DNA from: an uncultured Gammaproteobacteria bacterium
Lineage (GTDB): Bacteria; Patescibacteriota; Microgenomatia; Levybacterales; GWA1-39-11
Direction of reading: 5' to 3'
Assembly (NCBI GenBank): GCA_964427615.1
Contig: CAYRUR010000003.1
Coordinates: 44,062-108,061, forward strand
Length of the DNA: 64,000 nt
The stretch's first letter is position 1. Every line of letters begins with the position of its first letter. Position numbers and translations under genes: made by a program. Positions 28,371 through 39,610 of the stretch are shown here, piece by piece. A model generated the notes under the pieces. That model did not search any database. It had not been told where the DNA came from and was given only the letters and a program-made list of their open reading frames with translations.

Positions 28371-28545
28371 GCTGTTTTACGTTCACTTCAAGAGTACTTT
28401 ACCGTTAGAGTAAAATCCAAAACAAGTACATTTTTATCACTTTTTTAAGGGCAGTAGGAATCATAGGTGTAATAACTATATGAGAAAAATACTAGAAAAT
28501 CAATTGAATAAAAATAGAAATAACTATGACAAAATAGAGCAATTT

Positions 28546-29964
28546 TTAAGAGGAGGGAAGATCAGAAAAACGCACCTGTACTCCTTCTGTTTTTTTGTTT
28601 TTTAAAAGAGTAGAAGAAAGTATTTTATACGCATCATAGTCGAAAGAGTAATCATATGTTTTTACTTCCTGCGTATATTCAGAAATAATAGTGCGCTGGA
28701 TAATACACCATTTATCTATTAAAAATATCTCTTTATTTCCTTCATCATCTTTCTCTTCAAAAAAAATAGGGCCCGCAAACGGCCATTTTTTTATTTTGTA
28801 GTCATAGAATGCTTGCAAAAAACGGATGTTATAAAACAAGGCCTTTTCTTTTCCTACACATGCTCCTTTACACCATCCTAATTGATGCGCAAAGCAAGAT
28901 CCATTAGTGCTTTGCAAACCTAATATTTTTTGACACAATCCTCTTTCTTTAACTAAATTATTTAGTAAGTCTTTGGCTTGCTTTTTAGAACGAAAAACTC
29001 CCAAAACATTTTCAATTTCATCAACTGTTATACTCTTTTTGTGTTCTAAAACCACTGTGTCATACCCATTTTTGTCTGTTGTTTTTTTAAGATAGGTAAG
29101 GAGTCTTTTTTCACGCAATTTTCTATTGTGTAATGGCTGCATTTTTTTGATCAATTGGCTTTCTAATAATTGTGCTCCTAAGTCTCCACATGTTTTGATA
29201 GTCTCGATATGTTTTACTTCCTGAGTAAGCTGCATTTCTTTGGAAGAAGTGTAATCGCTTGAGAAATGGGAAAGCACTCTTTCTCTGATATTCTTGCTTT
29301 TTCCAATATAAAGCGGAGTAGATACATCTCCGTAAAAAATATATACACCAGGACTTTCAGGTAAGTCATTGAGTTTTTTTTCTGAAAGGTGGAGTGGAAT
29401 AGTAGGTTTTTTCAACACGTAGGAAATAGCCTCCGATATTCTCCTGTCCGGAAATTCAGTTTGCAGTTTTTTGTAAAACTCCCATACAACCTTAGCATCA
29501 TCAAATGCCCTGTGTCGTGCTTGACAAGAAATATCAAAACGTTCCATAAGGCTATCTAAGTTATGTCGAGTATGCTGAGGATATAAAAAACGGGAAAGCT
29601 TTACCGTACACAGATGTTTGCTGGTAAAAGAAATACTATGTCTTCTGAATTCATTGCGTAAAAATCCGTAATCAAAGCGCACGTTATGTGCCACAAAAAT
29701 ACATCCTGCAAGCATTTGTAAAATTTCTTCTTTTTTGTCTTCAAAAAAAGGAGCTCTTTCTAAATCTTGTTTTGAAATACCAGTAAGACTTTCAATAAAA
29801 GGAGAAACATGCATACCAGGGTTCAGAAGCGTTGAAAACTGGTCTATAACTTTATTTTCCTCAACTCGCAGGATGCCTATTTCAATAATTTTGTCATACA
29901 CAGGGCTATTTCCTGTGGTCTCTATATCAACAAAAGCAAGAGAAGAAGGAAGATCTTTTACCAT
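28546..29964 (-). CDS. fusion protein: N-terminal DEDDh 3'-5' exonuclease (DnaQ-like) + C-terminal GIY-YIG nuclease domain
   Basis: FVDIETTGNSP...HNVRFDYGFL...RHRAFDDA (Exo I-III); GVYIFYGD...LYIGKSKNIRERVLSHF (GIY-YIG). Confidence 0.75.
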   Translation of the reverse strand: MVKDLPSSLAFVDIETTGNSPVYDKIIEIGILRVEENKVIDQFSTLLNPGMHVSPFIESLTGISKQDLERAPFFEDKKEEILQMLAGCIFVAHNVRFDYGFLRNEFRRHSISFTSKHLCTVKLSRFLYPQHTRHNLDSLMERFDISCQARHRAFDDAKVVWEFYKKLQTEFPDRRISEAISYVLKKPTIPLHLSEKKLNDLPESPGVYIFYGDVSTPLYIGKSKNIRERVLSHFSSDYTSSKEMQLTQEVKHIETIKTCGDLGAQLLESQLIKKMQPLHNRKLREKRLLTYLKKTTDKNGYDTVVLEHKKSITVDEIENVLGVFRSKKQAKDLLNNLVKERGLCQKILGLQSTNGSCFAHQLGWCKGACVGKEKALFYNIRFLQAFYDYKIKKWPFAGPIFFEEKDDEGNKEIFLIDKWCIIQRTIISEYTQEVKTYDYSFDYDAYKILSSTLLKNKKTEGVQVRFSDLPSS

Positions 29965-30034
29965 AAGAAAAGTACCACCATACTAGCAAAAGAGGCATCT
30001 CATTAGCAAGCAATTAAATCTAAAACTAGTATAA

Positions 30035-30125
30035 AGTATGAAGAAGTAAGTAGTAAGTATAGAAAGAAATTAAAAAATAAAAAGTCAAAAAGCAAAAGTA
30101 GATGGCAAAAGTAAAAAGTTTTAAG
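30035..30125. repeat. 7-bp-period decayed tandem array, 13 units (agtatga/agaagta/agtagta/agtatag/aaagaaa/ttaaaaa/.../gcaaaag/taaaaag)
   Basis: Same unit vocabulary as 5710-5765 array. Confidence 0.5.
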
Positions 30126-30318
30126 ATTCTGTATATACTACATACTATATACTAAATACCCACTTTTAACTCTTTAACGCGCAATCCATTAACTTACTTG
30201 TACTTAAGCCCTAACCACTCAACGATACCGGCCCTGTACCAGACGGTACGGGACGGGCTTCGTAACCGTTTACCAAAAATCAATCCTCCTCATGGATCCT
30301 GAATTAAATTCAGGATGA

Positions 30319-30560
30319 CAAGCTTTGGTAGTTTTATATTTTTTCTAAACGCTAAACGCTTCTCTTTCTGGATCCTAAATCCCTCCTTTGTCAAGGCTTC
30401 GGAAGGGCACAGCAAGTTCCTCCGATTTGATTGCAGTTCAGGCCTAGGCTCTGAAGAGCCTTCAAGTAAAAGATACTGTAAGTGCTCGTAGAGATGACAC
30501 ATTTGTGGTGGTTTTAGTAATTTTTTCTAAACGCTAAACCCTATACGCTAAACGCTTGCT
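30319..30560. repeat. pair of ~45-bp direct repeats (GGT..TTTT..ATTTTTTCTAAACGCTAAAC(G/C)CT...) ~190 bp apart, each containing (CTAAACG)x2; between them hairpins ATCCTGAATT/AATTCAGGAT and AGGCTCT-ga-AGAGCCT
   Basis: Read directly; the annotated minus-strand 70-aa ORF 30290-30502 lies wholly in this repeat region and is probably spurious. Confidence 0.4.
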
Positions 30561-30595
30561 CTCTGTTTACTGTTTTCTGTTCTCTGCCTTCTTCT

Positions 30596-30623
30596 TAATT
30601 CCTAATTCATAATTCTTAATTCG
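30596..30623. repeat. tandem heptamer array (TAATTCN)x4: ttaattcc taattca taattct taattcg
   Basis: Read directly. Confidence 0.55.
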
Positions 30624-30669
30624 TACCTTCCAACTCGTTAACCCGTTAATAACCAATAAAGAATAATTT

Positions 30670-30706
30670 CTAAACCCTAAACCCTAAGCCCTAAACGCTA
30701 AACGCT
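30670..30706. repeat. tandem heptamer array (CTAAACS)x5: ctaaacc ctaaacc ctaagcc ctaaacg ctaaacg (telomere-like CCCTAAA-type motif)
   Basis: Read directly; same heptamer also at 30345-30360, 30527-30556 and reverse-complemented at 5823-5850 and 24493-24520. Confidence 0.6.
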
Positions 30707-30793
30707 CCATACTCACACACCTCCCTCCTTTTTCTCACCTTATCCTTACATTTTGTACCTACAATAGAGTTTCATTATTCTTATTGCATTATT

Positions 30794-31678
30794 ATGGATA
30801 ACCCAGAGCCTTATATCATTGAAAAAAAGGAAACTGATAAAGAGAATGAGATAGAAGAAATAATAAAACCTGAAGGTATTTACTCTATCTTGTATGGAGT
30901 TCACATCCTACCTACAGATCCCAATCTTTTACCCCAAAACGTATCAGCAGTATTTCTAGAAACAGGCATGATTAAGTGGGAAGATTACAGCATGGATTCT
31001 CTCAATTATTTGCGTAACCATAGGCAATACAAAGAAATCTTTGAGCAAATGGAAAAAAAGAAAATAACGCTTTTGTTAGGAGATGTAAATTATAGGTTTT
31101 CCTGGCTTATTCCATTTCTTGATATTGCAGTTTTACAAGCAGAGGCAAGTATGGGTATGAAATTACTAAAAAATAGTTTGGCAACCTTCAATAAAAATGA
31201 AAAACTTTCAAAAAAAGATATAGCAAAAATAATGGGAGGATCAGCAGCAGGATTATGGCTTTTATTGCCCATGCTTCCTGATTTAGTAAGAGCTGTATCC
31301 GTACTTACTAATGCAGGACTGAAAAAAAGTGCTACCCTACAAAAAGCAGTGTATAAATTACATCCTGAGTTATTTTTACTTCTAAAAACAATAAGAGAGG
31401 CAGTAATAGCTGAAAAAGAGCAAAAGCTTATGGAACATATAGGTAATAGACCTCATTTTGCAACTATAATGGGAGGAGCGCATACCGGTCTGGAAGATCA
31501 AATACTGGCAACACGTGAAGAAAGGCTTAAAACACTACAAAGATTAAAACCAGTCATCAAATTACTGGTAGTTCCTGAATCCTTCTACCAATTGGCACAG
31601 TGGAACTTTAATGGAAATGAGTGGGAGCTAACACGGATATACAATTTACCTGAATTAAGAGAGGTTGTGGAAGAATAA
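30794..31678 (+). CDS. hypothetical protein
   Basis: 294-aa ORF, acidic N-terminus, one internal hydrophobic segment; no family recognised. Confidence 0.4.
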   Translation: MDNPEPYIIEKKETDKENEIEEIIKPEGIYSILYGVHILPTDPNLLPQNVSAVFLETGMIKWEDYSMDSLNYLRNHRQYKEIFEQMEKKKITLLLGDVNYRFSWLIPFLDIAVLQAEASMGMKLLKNSLATFNKNEKLSKKDIAKIMGGSAAGLWLLLPMLPDLVRAVSVLTNAGLKKSATLQKAVYKLHPELFLLLKTIREAVIAEKEQKLMEHIGNRPHFATIMGGAHTGLEDQILATREERLKTLQRLKPVIKLLVVPESFYQLAQWNFNGNEWELTRIYNLPELREVVEE

Positions 31679-32030
31679 ACAGAAGCTTATTTTAAAGCCT
31701 CATATCTTAGCTTTACATATCAATTATCAATCTGTTTTTCCTTCTGCACCTTCCAAGATAAAGGTGTTCATATCCTGTTCATTTATGACATTTTTTCTCC
31801 CTTTGAAGACTTTGTGAAATCAGATATCATATGAAAATAAAGAAGTTCTTTCACTTGTTTTAGCGATCCCTTTTCCAAAGAATTGACTATGCCTGCCCCA
31901 TCCGACCAAAAAGATCTTTCTGAAAGATGATGAAAAGTAAAAAATAAAACAATCCAGAAGTTTTTTCCCCAATTGCTTAAAGAACATACTTTTATTATGC
32001 TATATTTGCGTTTGATATAATAAACAAAAT

Positions 32031-32831
32031 ATGACAGAAGATATTATCTCATTGTTAGAAACTATTAACGATGTTGCACAAGATACGTTTGATGAAGTAA
32101 TAAAAAAAGGTAATTACCAGAAAATTGGAGATCTTTCTACCAATGAAATAGTAAGGTATATAGCAGAATCCTTGACTTCACGTAAAGATAATAAACCCCA
32201 TATTACCGCACAATTTCTCGGCTCACCTGGATCAGGAAAATCACAACTGGCTACTCTCACGCGACAAAAACTAGAGAGAGCAATTATCATTCCTGTTGAT
32301 GATTATAATAAGGGCACCAGAGAGGATAGAAGGAAAATAATAAGAGAAGGGAGTACACCTCTTGATGAAAAAGATTTTGCGCAATTAAGAGAAGATGTAC
32401 TAATGCTGCGAAAATTAAAAACTGGAGAGTCTTCACATCTTCCAGAAGCAATTGATCTCAATACTGGCAATGCTCTCGTAAGAGAAATATACAAAAGAGT
32501 AACAGGTCCTTTTGAGTTTATATTGGTTGATGGCAATTTTTATGTGGGAGACAAACAAGTATGTGGACTAGATCTTGATATGCTCATTTATCTGCATATG
32601 GATGATAAAACACGGCTTCAAACGAGACTTTTGAGAGACTTAGTACCAGGTAAAATGAGAGGAAAAGATGCAGATGAAATTGTAGAACAATTTTTAACTC
32701 GTCGTGAATCTCAAGATAAAGCCTTTACTATCCCATTTATGGATAAAGCAGAAATCTTAATTACCACTCATCCTCATTTTTCTTCAAATGCTATTACCGA
32801 TTTTACGTATACTGTTTTTAGAAAAAAATAA
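32031..32831 (+). CDS. P-loop nucleoside/nucleotide kinase-like protein (uridine kinase/phosphoribulokinase-type fold)
   Basis: Walker A FLGSPGSGKSQLA followed by IIIPVDDY and FILVDGNFY segments resembling the uridine kinase family. Confidence 0.45.
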   Translation: MTEDIISLLETINDVAQDTFDEVIKKGNYQKIGDLSTNEIVRYIAESLTSRKDNKPHITAQFLGSPGSGKSQLATLTRQKLERAIIIPVDDYNKGTREDRRKIIREGSTPLDEKDFAQLREDVLMLRKLKTGESSHLPEAIDLNTGNALVREIYKRVTGPFEFILVDGNFYVGDKQVCGLDLDMLIYLHMDDKTRLQTRLLRDLVPGKMRGKDADEIVEQFLTRRESQDKAFTIPFMDKAEILITTHPHFSSNAITDFTYTVFRKK

Positions 32832-32896
32832 TCTCGAATAATATATTGATCTCACTAGAGTTCTACTCAAATTTACTACATTACAATTACAACACT

Positions 32897-33550
32897 TTAT
32901 TCTTCAGCTAATGATTGAGTGTAACCTAATTTAACAAGTTCTTCATACGCAGACCACACATCTTCTGGTATATCCTGAGGAATTTGATATCCCTTTTCTG
33001 CATATAATTTGATGCGTTGCAAATCACCTACCATAGATTGTATCGAAGCATCTTTACCTCTAGGAGAGGTATTCATATATTCATCATAGGAAACTTGGGG
33101 AGAGCTCATGATTACTTCTACTTCTGGCCATTGTTTTTTTATAGTCGCATATGTTCTTCTTTCTATATATGGCTTTTGAACAACAATAATGCGTTTTGCA
33201 TGAATTCCATGCTTTTCTAGTAAAGCTTTTGTAAAAAGCGTATTTTCACCTGAATTTTTTGTTTGAGTCTCTAATAGTACATTTTCTTTTGGTAACCCAA
33301 ATTCCTGAGCTGCTTCAGATAATGTCTCTGCTTCTGTCTTATCCCAAGAAGCAGTGGAATCACTTTTATGACCTGAAAAAACAACAATCGGAGCATAGCC
33401 TTGTAAAAAAAGTTCTGCTGCTCGTTTGCCAATGGTGGGATTATAGCTGCCAAATACCACAATCGCATCTGCCTTTTTTAAAGTATGATGCATGAGGCTA
33501 TAATTCCAGATCCTCTTTGCAAGATTATCTATATATTCTCTTGAGGGCAT
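32897..33550 (-). CDS. DUF218 (YdcF/SanA/ElyC-like) domain protein, copy 1
   Basis: AIVVFGS...VVFSG...ENTLFTKALL pattern; 217 aa; ~92% aa identity to paralogue at 38840-39493. Confidence 0.5.
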   Translation of the reverse strand: MPSREYIDNLAKRIWNYSLMHHTLKKADAIVVFGSYNPTIGKRAAELFLQGYAPIVVFSGHKSDSTASWDKTEAETLSEAAQEFGLPKENVLLETQTKNSGENTLFTKALLEKHGIHAKRIIVVQKPYIERRTYATIKKQWPEVEVIMSSPQVSYDEYMNTSPRGKDASIQSMVGDLQRIKLYAEKGYQIPQDIPEDVWSAYEELVKLGYTQSLAEE

Positions 33551-33568
33551 GAGTAGATTATAGTATAA
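32897..33568. repeat. direct repeat A (~670 bp, ~90% nt identity to 38840-39547) bounding the copper cassette
   Basis: Nucleotide alignment by eye from stop codon through ~18 bp beyond start (CATGAGTAGATTATAGTA shared). Confidence 0.6.
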
Positions 33569-33762
33569 AAGTTGAATATGATGAAAATCATCGAGAGTAT
33601 ACGTTAAAAATCAAATACCTATCTCAGTATGGGAGAGTATTTATTGTCCTCTCCTTTCCTCAAGCTAAAAAATAATGTAAATCGTACATTACATTGATTT
33701 TAGCAGTAATACAAGAAAGCAGCACATCACCTAAATGCAGATATTTTTCAATTCTATAACTG

Positions 33763-34086
33763 TTGCTTGACATGAAGATTGATCTAGTGGTAATATCCCT
33801 CATAGGGGGATATATGGCATACAGACCAAAAGACACTCACGAAAGAATTACTCACCGCCTCAAAATTGCAAGAGGACACCTTGATAAAGTAATCAAAATG
33901 ATGGAAGAAGATGCTTATTGTATTGATGTAATGCATCAAATACAGGCAGTTGAGTCTGGATTAAAAGAAACTGGCAATCTACTTCTAGAAAATCATCTTA
34001 AATCCTGTGTAGCTGATGCAATTAGTAAGGGTAAGACAGATGAGTCTATTGCTGAAATAATGCAGGTATTTAAGAAAAAAACTTAA
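33763..34086 (+). CDS. csoR: CsoR/RcnR-family metal-sensing transcriptional repressor (likely true start at Met ~33814)
   Basis: RLKIARGHLDKVIKMMEEDAYCIDVMHQIQAVESGL...HLKSCV: conserved Cys/His/Cys of the CsoR family (DUF156). Confidence 0.7.
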   Translation: MLDMKIDLVVISLIGGYMAYRPKDTHERITHRLKIARGHLDKVIKMMEEDAYCIDVMHQIQAVESGLKETGNLLLENHLKSCVADAISKGKTDESIAEIMQVFKKKT

Positions 34087-34103
34087 TATGAGGAGGTGAT
34101 CAT

Positions 34104-34748
34104 ATGAAGAATGAAACTTTGAAATATCTATTAGGTGGAGTACTAGTTGGTGGTATTGCTGTATGGGTTATTACAATCTCAGCTATTAATTCTAATAATA
34201 CGAAAATGATGCAAATGATGGGAATAAGAGCAACAAACGGACAAAACACTCCTCAAAACCCAGATAATATAGACGCACATTTCATTGAGCAAATGATTCC
34301 TCATCATGAAGATGCAATCACCATGGCGAAACTTGCACAAACAAAAGCACAACATCCAGAGGTGAAGCAACTAGCAGATAACATCATTGAATCTCAAGGG
34401 AAAGAAATAAATCAAATGAAAGAGTGGTATAAGAATTGGTTTGGAAAAGAGGTTCCCACAGGAGACCAAATCATGAACCAACATGGAATGATGAGAGGAA
34501 ATGGTATGCATATGGGGATGGGTGATGAGACTGATATGGCACGACTTGAGCAGGCGGAAGAATTCGATAAAGCATTTATTGAAGAAATGATACCTCATCA
34601 CCAAATGGCAGTTATGATGGCAAGTATGCTTAAAAGTGGAACACAAAGACCAGAAATGAAAAAACTTGCTGACGATATAATAACTGCTCAAACTAATGAG
34701 ATAAACCAAATGAGACAATGGTATTCTGCTTGGGGATACAACCAGTAG
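34104..34748 (+). CDS. DUF305 family protein (copper-resistance associated, two His-rich MIPHH-type repeats), N-terminal TM anchor
   Basis: Two copies of FIEQMIPHH/FIEEMIPHHQ motif and Met/His-rich linker. Confidence 0.65.
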   Translation: MKNETLKYLLGGVLVGGIAVWVITISAINSNNTKMMQMMGIRATNGQNTPQNPDNIDAHFIEQMIPHHEDAITMAKLAQTKAQHPEVKQLADNIIESQGKEINQMKEWYKNWFGKEVPTGDQIMNQHGMMRGNGMHMGMGDETDMARLEQAEEFDKAFIEEMIPHHQMAVMMASMLKSGTQRPEMKKLADDIITAQTNEINQMRQWYSAWGYNQ

Positions 34749-34795
34749 TCTTTTTAAGAGGTGCAATACATGTGCTTCTTCTGAGAACATAACGT

Positions 34796-35153
34796 ATGGA
34801 AATTGATAAATTACTTGTCGCCTTATTCAGTGTTGGTGGAGTGGCTTTAACCTATTGGTTTTTTCTCACGAAAAAAGATGAAGAAGTTGTGGTGGTAAAG
34901 ACTAACACCGTAGATGTTACTGTAGAGGGCGGATATTCTCCTCATGTTATTTCTATCCCAAAAGGTAAAACAACAACAATAAATTTTTTTCGTAAAGACC
35001 CAAGCTCATGCCTTGAAGAGGTTGTTCTTCCAGATTTTAAAGTACGAAAGTATCTGCCTCTCAATAAAATGACATCTATTTCAATTACTCCTAAAAAAGA
35101 AGGTACGTATGAATTCTCGTGTGGTATGAATATGTTTCATGGAAAAATAAAAG

Positions 35154-35161
<8 letters not shown>
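34796..35161 (+). CDS. small membrane-anchored cupredoxin-like copper-binding protein
   Basis: C-terminal [14 protein letters not shown] resembles cupredoxin Cys/Met/His copper site; paralogous to C-terminus of the 37389-38525 product. Confidence 0.45.
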
Positions 35162-37385
<2,224 letters not shown>

Positions 37386-37388
37386 AGT

Positions 37389-38525
37389 ATGAATATTAAG
37401 GTTAAAAAACAAACATTATTGATTTCTGCAGTACTTACATCACTTTTTCTCATTGGTTTTCTTTTCTTAAAAATTAATGCTCTGGAAAATGCATCTCCTT
37501 CAGCACCAACACCTCAGGATATCAATCTTTGGGCGATATTTCTTACTGGACTACTTACAGGTGGATTAACGTGCCTCGCTGTGCAGGGAGGATTATTAGC
37601 AGCAACTATTGCCCAAAGAGAAGAGGAAAAACTAAAAGAAAAAACGAAACAGTCAGGCAATGCGCTTCCTATTTTAGCTTTTCTTGTAGCAAAACTTATC
37701 GCCTATACTGCTCTTGGATTTCTTCTTGGATGGTTTGGCTCACTATTTCAGTTATCCCTTATGGCTCAAATTATTATGCAAGTAGCAGTTGCGGTGTTCA
37801 TGATCACAACAGCACTAAATATTCTGAATGTGCATCCAATTTTTAGATATGTGGTAATTCAACCTCCTAAGTTTTTAACTCGACTTGTCCGTAATCAATC
37901 TAAAAGTAAAAGTTTATTTGCACCTGCATTACTCGGAGCTTTTACCGTATTTATCCCTTGTGGTACTACTCAGGCAATGATGGCATTAGCAATTGCTTCA
38001 ACAAGCCCATTTTTGGGAGCAGCAGTACTATTTGCCTTTGTATTAGGCACATCTCCTTTATTTTTTACACTCGGCTATTTTGCTACTAGGCTAGGAGAAT
38101 CTTTGCAACAAAAATTTATGAAAGTAGCTGCTTTTGCACTCATACTATTAGCTTTTTTTAATCTGAATAATGTTCTTGCTTTGTCAGGAAGTTCATGGAC
38201 ACTGGATAGTATATTTAAACAATTTGAAGTAAAAAACACCCTATCCCACACTGCTCCTAAACAACACGTTGTTATCTCAGTACAAAATAGTGGTTACAAT
38301 CCTAATGTCATCACAGTTAAAGCTGGAACAAATGTTTCATTCACAATAGAAAACAGAGGGGTTTATACTTGTGCTTCAGCTTTTACTATTCCTTACTTTA
38401 ATTTTCAAAAGGTTATCCAAGCAGGAAAATCTGAAACTATCGCTTTAAAAATGCCTGACAAACCAACACAAATTCCATTCATGTGTAGCATGGGAATGTA
38501 TAGGGGGGTGATTAACGTAATATGA
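37389..38525 (+). CDS. polytopic membrane protein with conserved TM cysteines and C-terminal cupredoxin-like domain (copper handling; exact family uncertain)
   Basis: TM Cys in GGLTCLAVQGG and FIPCGTTQAM; C-terminal ...FMCSMGMYRGVINV like cupredoxin site. Confidence 0.45.
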   Translation: MNIKVKKQTLLISAVLTSLFLIGFLFLKINALENASPSAPTPQDINLWAIFLTGLLTGGLTCLAVQGGLLAATIAQREEEKLKEKTKQSGNALPILAFLVAKLIAYTALGFLLGWFGSLFQLSLMAQIIMQVAVAVFMITTALNILNVHPIFRYVVIQPPKFLTRLVRNQSKSKSLFAPALLGAFTVFIPCGTTQAMMALAIASTSPFLGAAVLFAFVLGTSPLFFTLGYFATRLGESLQQKFMKVAAFALILLAFFNLNNVLALSGSSWTLDSIFKQFEVKNTLSHTAPKQHVVISVQNSGYNPNVITVKAGTNVSFTIENRGVYTCASAFTIPYFNFQKVIQAGKSETIALKMPDKPTQIPFMCSMGMYRGVINVI

Positions 38526-38734
38526 AAAAAATAAAACTAATAATTGAAGGCATGCACTGTACCACTTGTGCTATGAATATTGATGGTGAGTTAGAGGATA
38601 CAGAAGGAATTAAAAGTGCCAGTACTAATTATGCGAAACAAGAGACTGAAGTTGAATTTGATGAAAATAAAGTTGATGATAAGAAAATAGTTGAAATAAT
38701 TAAAGAAGTTGGATATTCAGCAACCATCAAATAA
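38522..38734 (+). CDS. copZ: copper chaperone, heavy-metal-associated domain protein (CopZ-like)
   Basis: GMHCTTCAMNI metal-binding motif, 70 aa ferredoxin-like fold. Confidence 0.75.
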   Translation: MKKIKLIIEGMHCTTCAMNIDGELEDTEGIKSASTNYAKQETEVEFDENKVDDKKIVEIIKEVGYSATIK

Positions 38735-38839
38735 ATTTTTTTGTGGAGTAGTACTTTCCAAGTATTCTTCTAACTAAAACCCATCTTTATTTCTTAAACT
38801 ATCAAGTTGTTTAATGTTTTAGTTAACATTTAAGATGTC

Positions 38840-39493
38840 TCATTCTTCAGCTAATGATTGATCATAACCCAGTTTAACCAACTCTTCATATGCTTCCCAA
38901 ACATCTTGTGGTATTTCCTGAGGAATTTGGTATCCTTTTTCTGCATATAATTTGATCCGTTGCAAATCACCTACCATAGATTGTATTGATGCATCTTTTC
39001 CTCTGGGAGAAGTATTCATGTATTCATCATAGGAAACTTGGGGAGAGCTCATGATTACTTCTACTTCTGGCCATTGTTTTTTGATAGTAGCATATGTTCT
39101 TCTTTCTATGTATGGCTTTTGAACAACAATAATACGTTTTGCATAAATTCCATGCTTTTCCAGTAAAGCTTTTGAAAAGAGCGTATTTTCACCTGAATTT
39201 TTTGCTTGAGTCTCTAACAATATATTTTCTTTTGGCAACCCAAACTCCTGGGCTGCTTCAGATAATACTTCTGCCTCTGTTTTATCCCAAGAAGCTGTAG
39301 AATCACTTCTATTACCTGAGAAAACAACAACCGGAGCATATTCTCGTAGAAAAAGTTCTGCTACTCGCTTAGCAACAATAGGATTATAACTACCAAATAC
39401 CACAATAGCATCTGCCTTTTTTAGCTCATGATGCATGAGACTATAATCCCAAATCTTTTTAGCAAGATTGTCTATGTATTCTTCTGAGGACAT
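38840..39493 (-). CDS. DUF218 (YdcF/SanA/ElyC-like) domain protein, copy 2 (ORF extends to 39529 but start at Met 39493 aligns with copy 1)
   Basis: Near-identical to 32897-33550 product. Confidence 0.5.
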   Translation of the reverse strand: MSSEEYIDNLAKKIWDYSLMHHELKKADAIVVFGSYNPIVAKRVAELFLREYAPVVVFSGNRSDSTASWDKTEAEVLSEAAQEFGLPKENILLETQAKNSGENTLFSKALLEKHGIYAKRIIVVQKPYIERRTYATIKKQWPEVEVIMSSPQVSYDEYMNTSPRGKDASIQSMVGDLQRIKLYAEKGYQIPQEIPQDVWEAYEELVKLGYDQSLAEE

Positions 39494-39547
39494 GAGTAGA
39501 TTATAGTAGAAAACCCACACAAGGAGCAATTTACTAGGCGATACTAG
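38840..39547. repeat. direct repeat B (partner of 32897-33568)
   Basis: See repeat A. Confidence 0.6.
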
Positions 39548-39610
39548 AATTTACTTTTCAACGATTGCATAGCATCTCTATGAAACTTTATAACTCTACA
39601 TAAAATTAAA

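Noticed and set aside
30290-30502. 70-aa minus-strand ORF in the supplied track
   Set aside because: Lies entirely within the repeat/hairpin-saturated spacer, no RBS, composition dictated by repeats; almost certainly spurious
30596-30706. Possible CRISPR array (short direct repeats)
   Set aside because: Units are 7 bp, contiguous and without unique spacers; no cas genes; this is a microsatellite-type tandem repeat, not CRISPR
30670-30706. Telomere function for the CCCTAAA-like repeat
   Set aside because: Only 5 units, internal to a contig with genes on both sides, and the same heptamer is dispersed in other spacers; resemblance to plant telomere repeat is probably coincidental
29987-30793. 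Replication origin (DnaA boxes) in the long non-coding spacer
   Set aside because: Only weak TTATCCTTACA / TGTGGTGG matches to TTATNCACA, no dnaA/dnaN nearby, no clustered boxes
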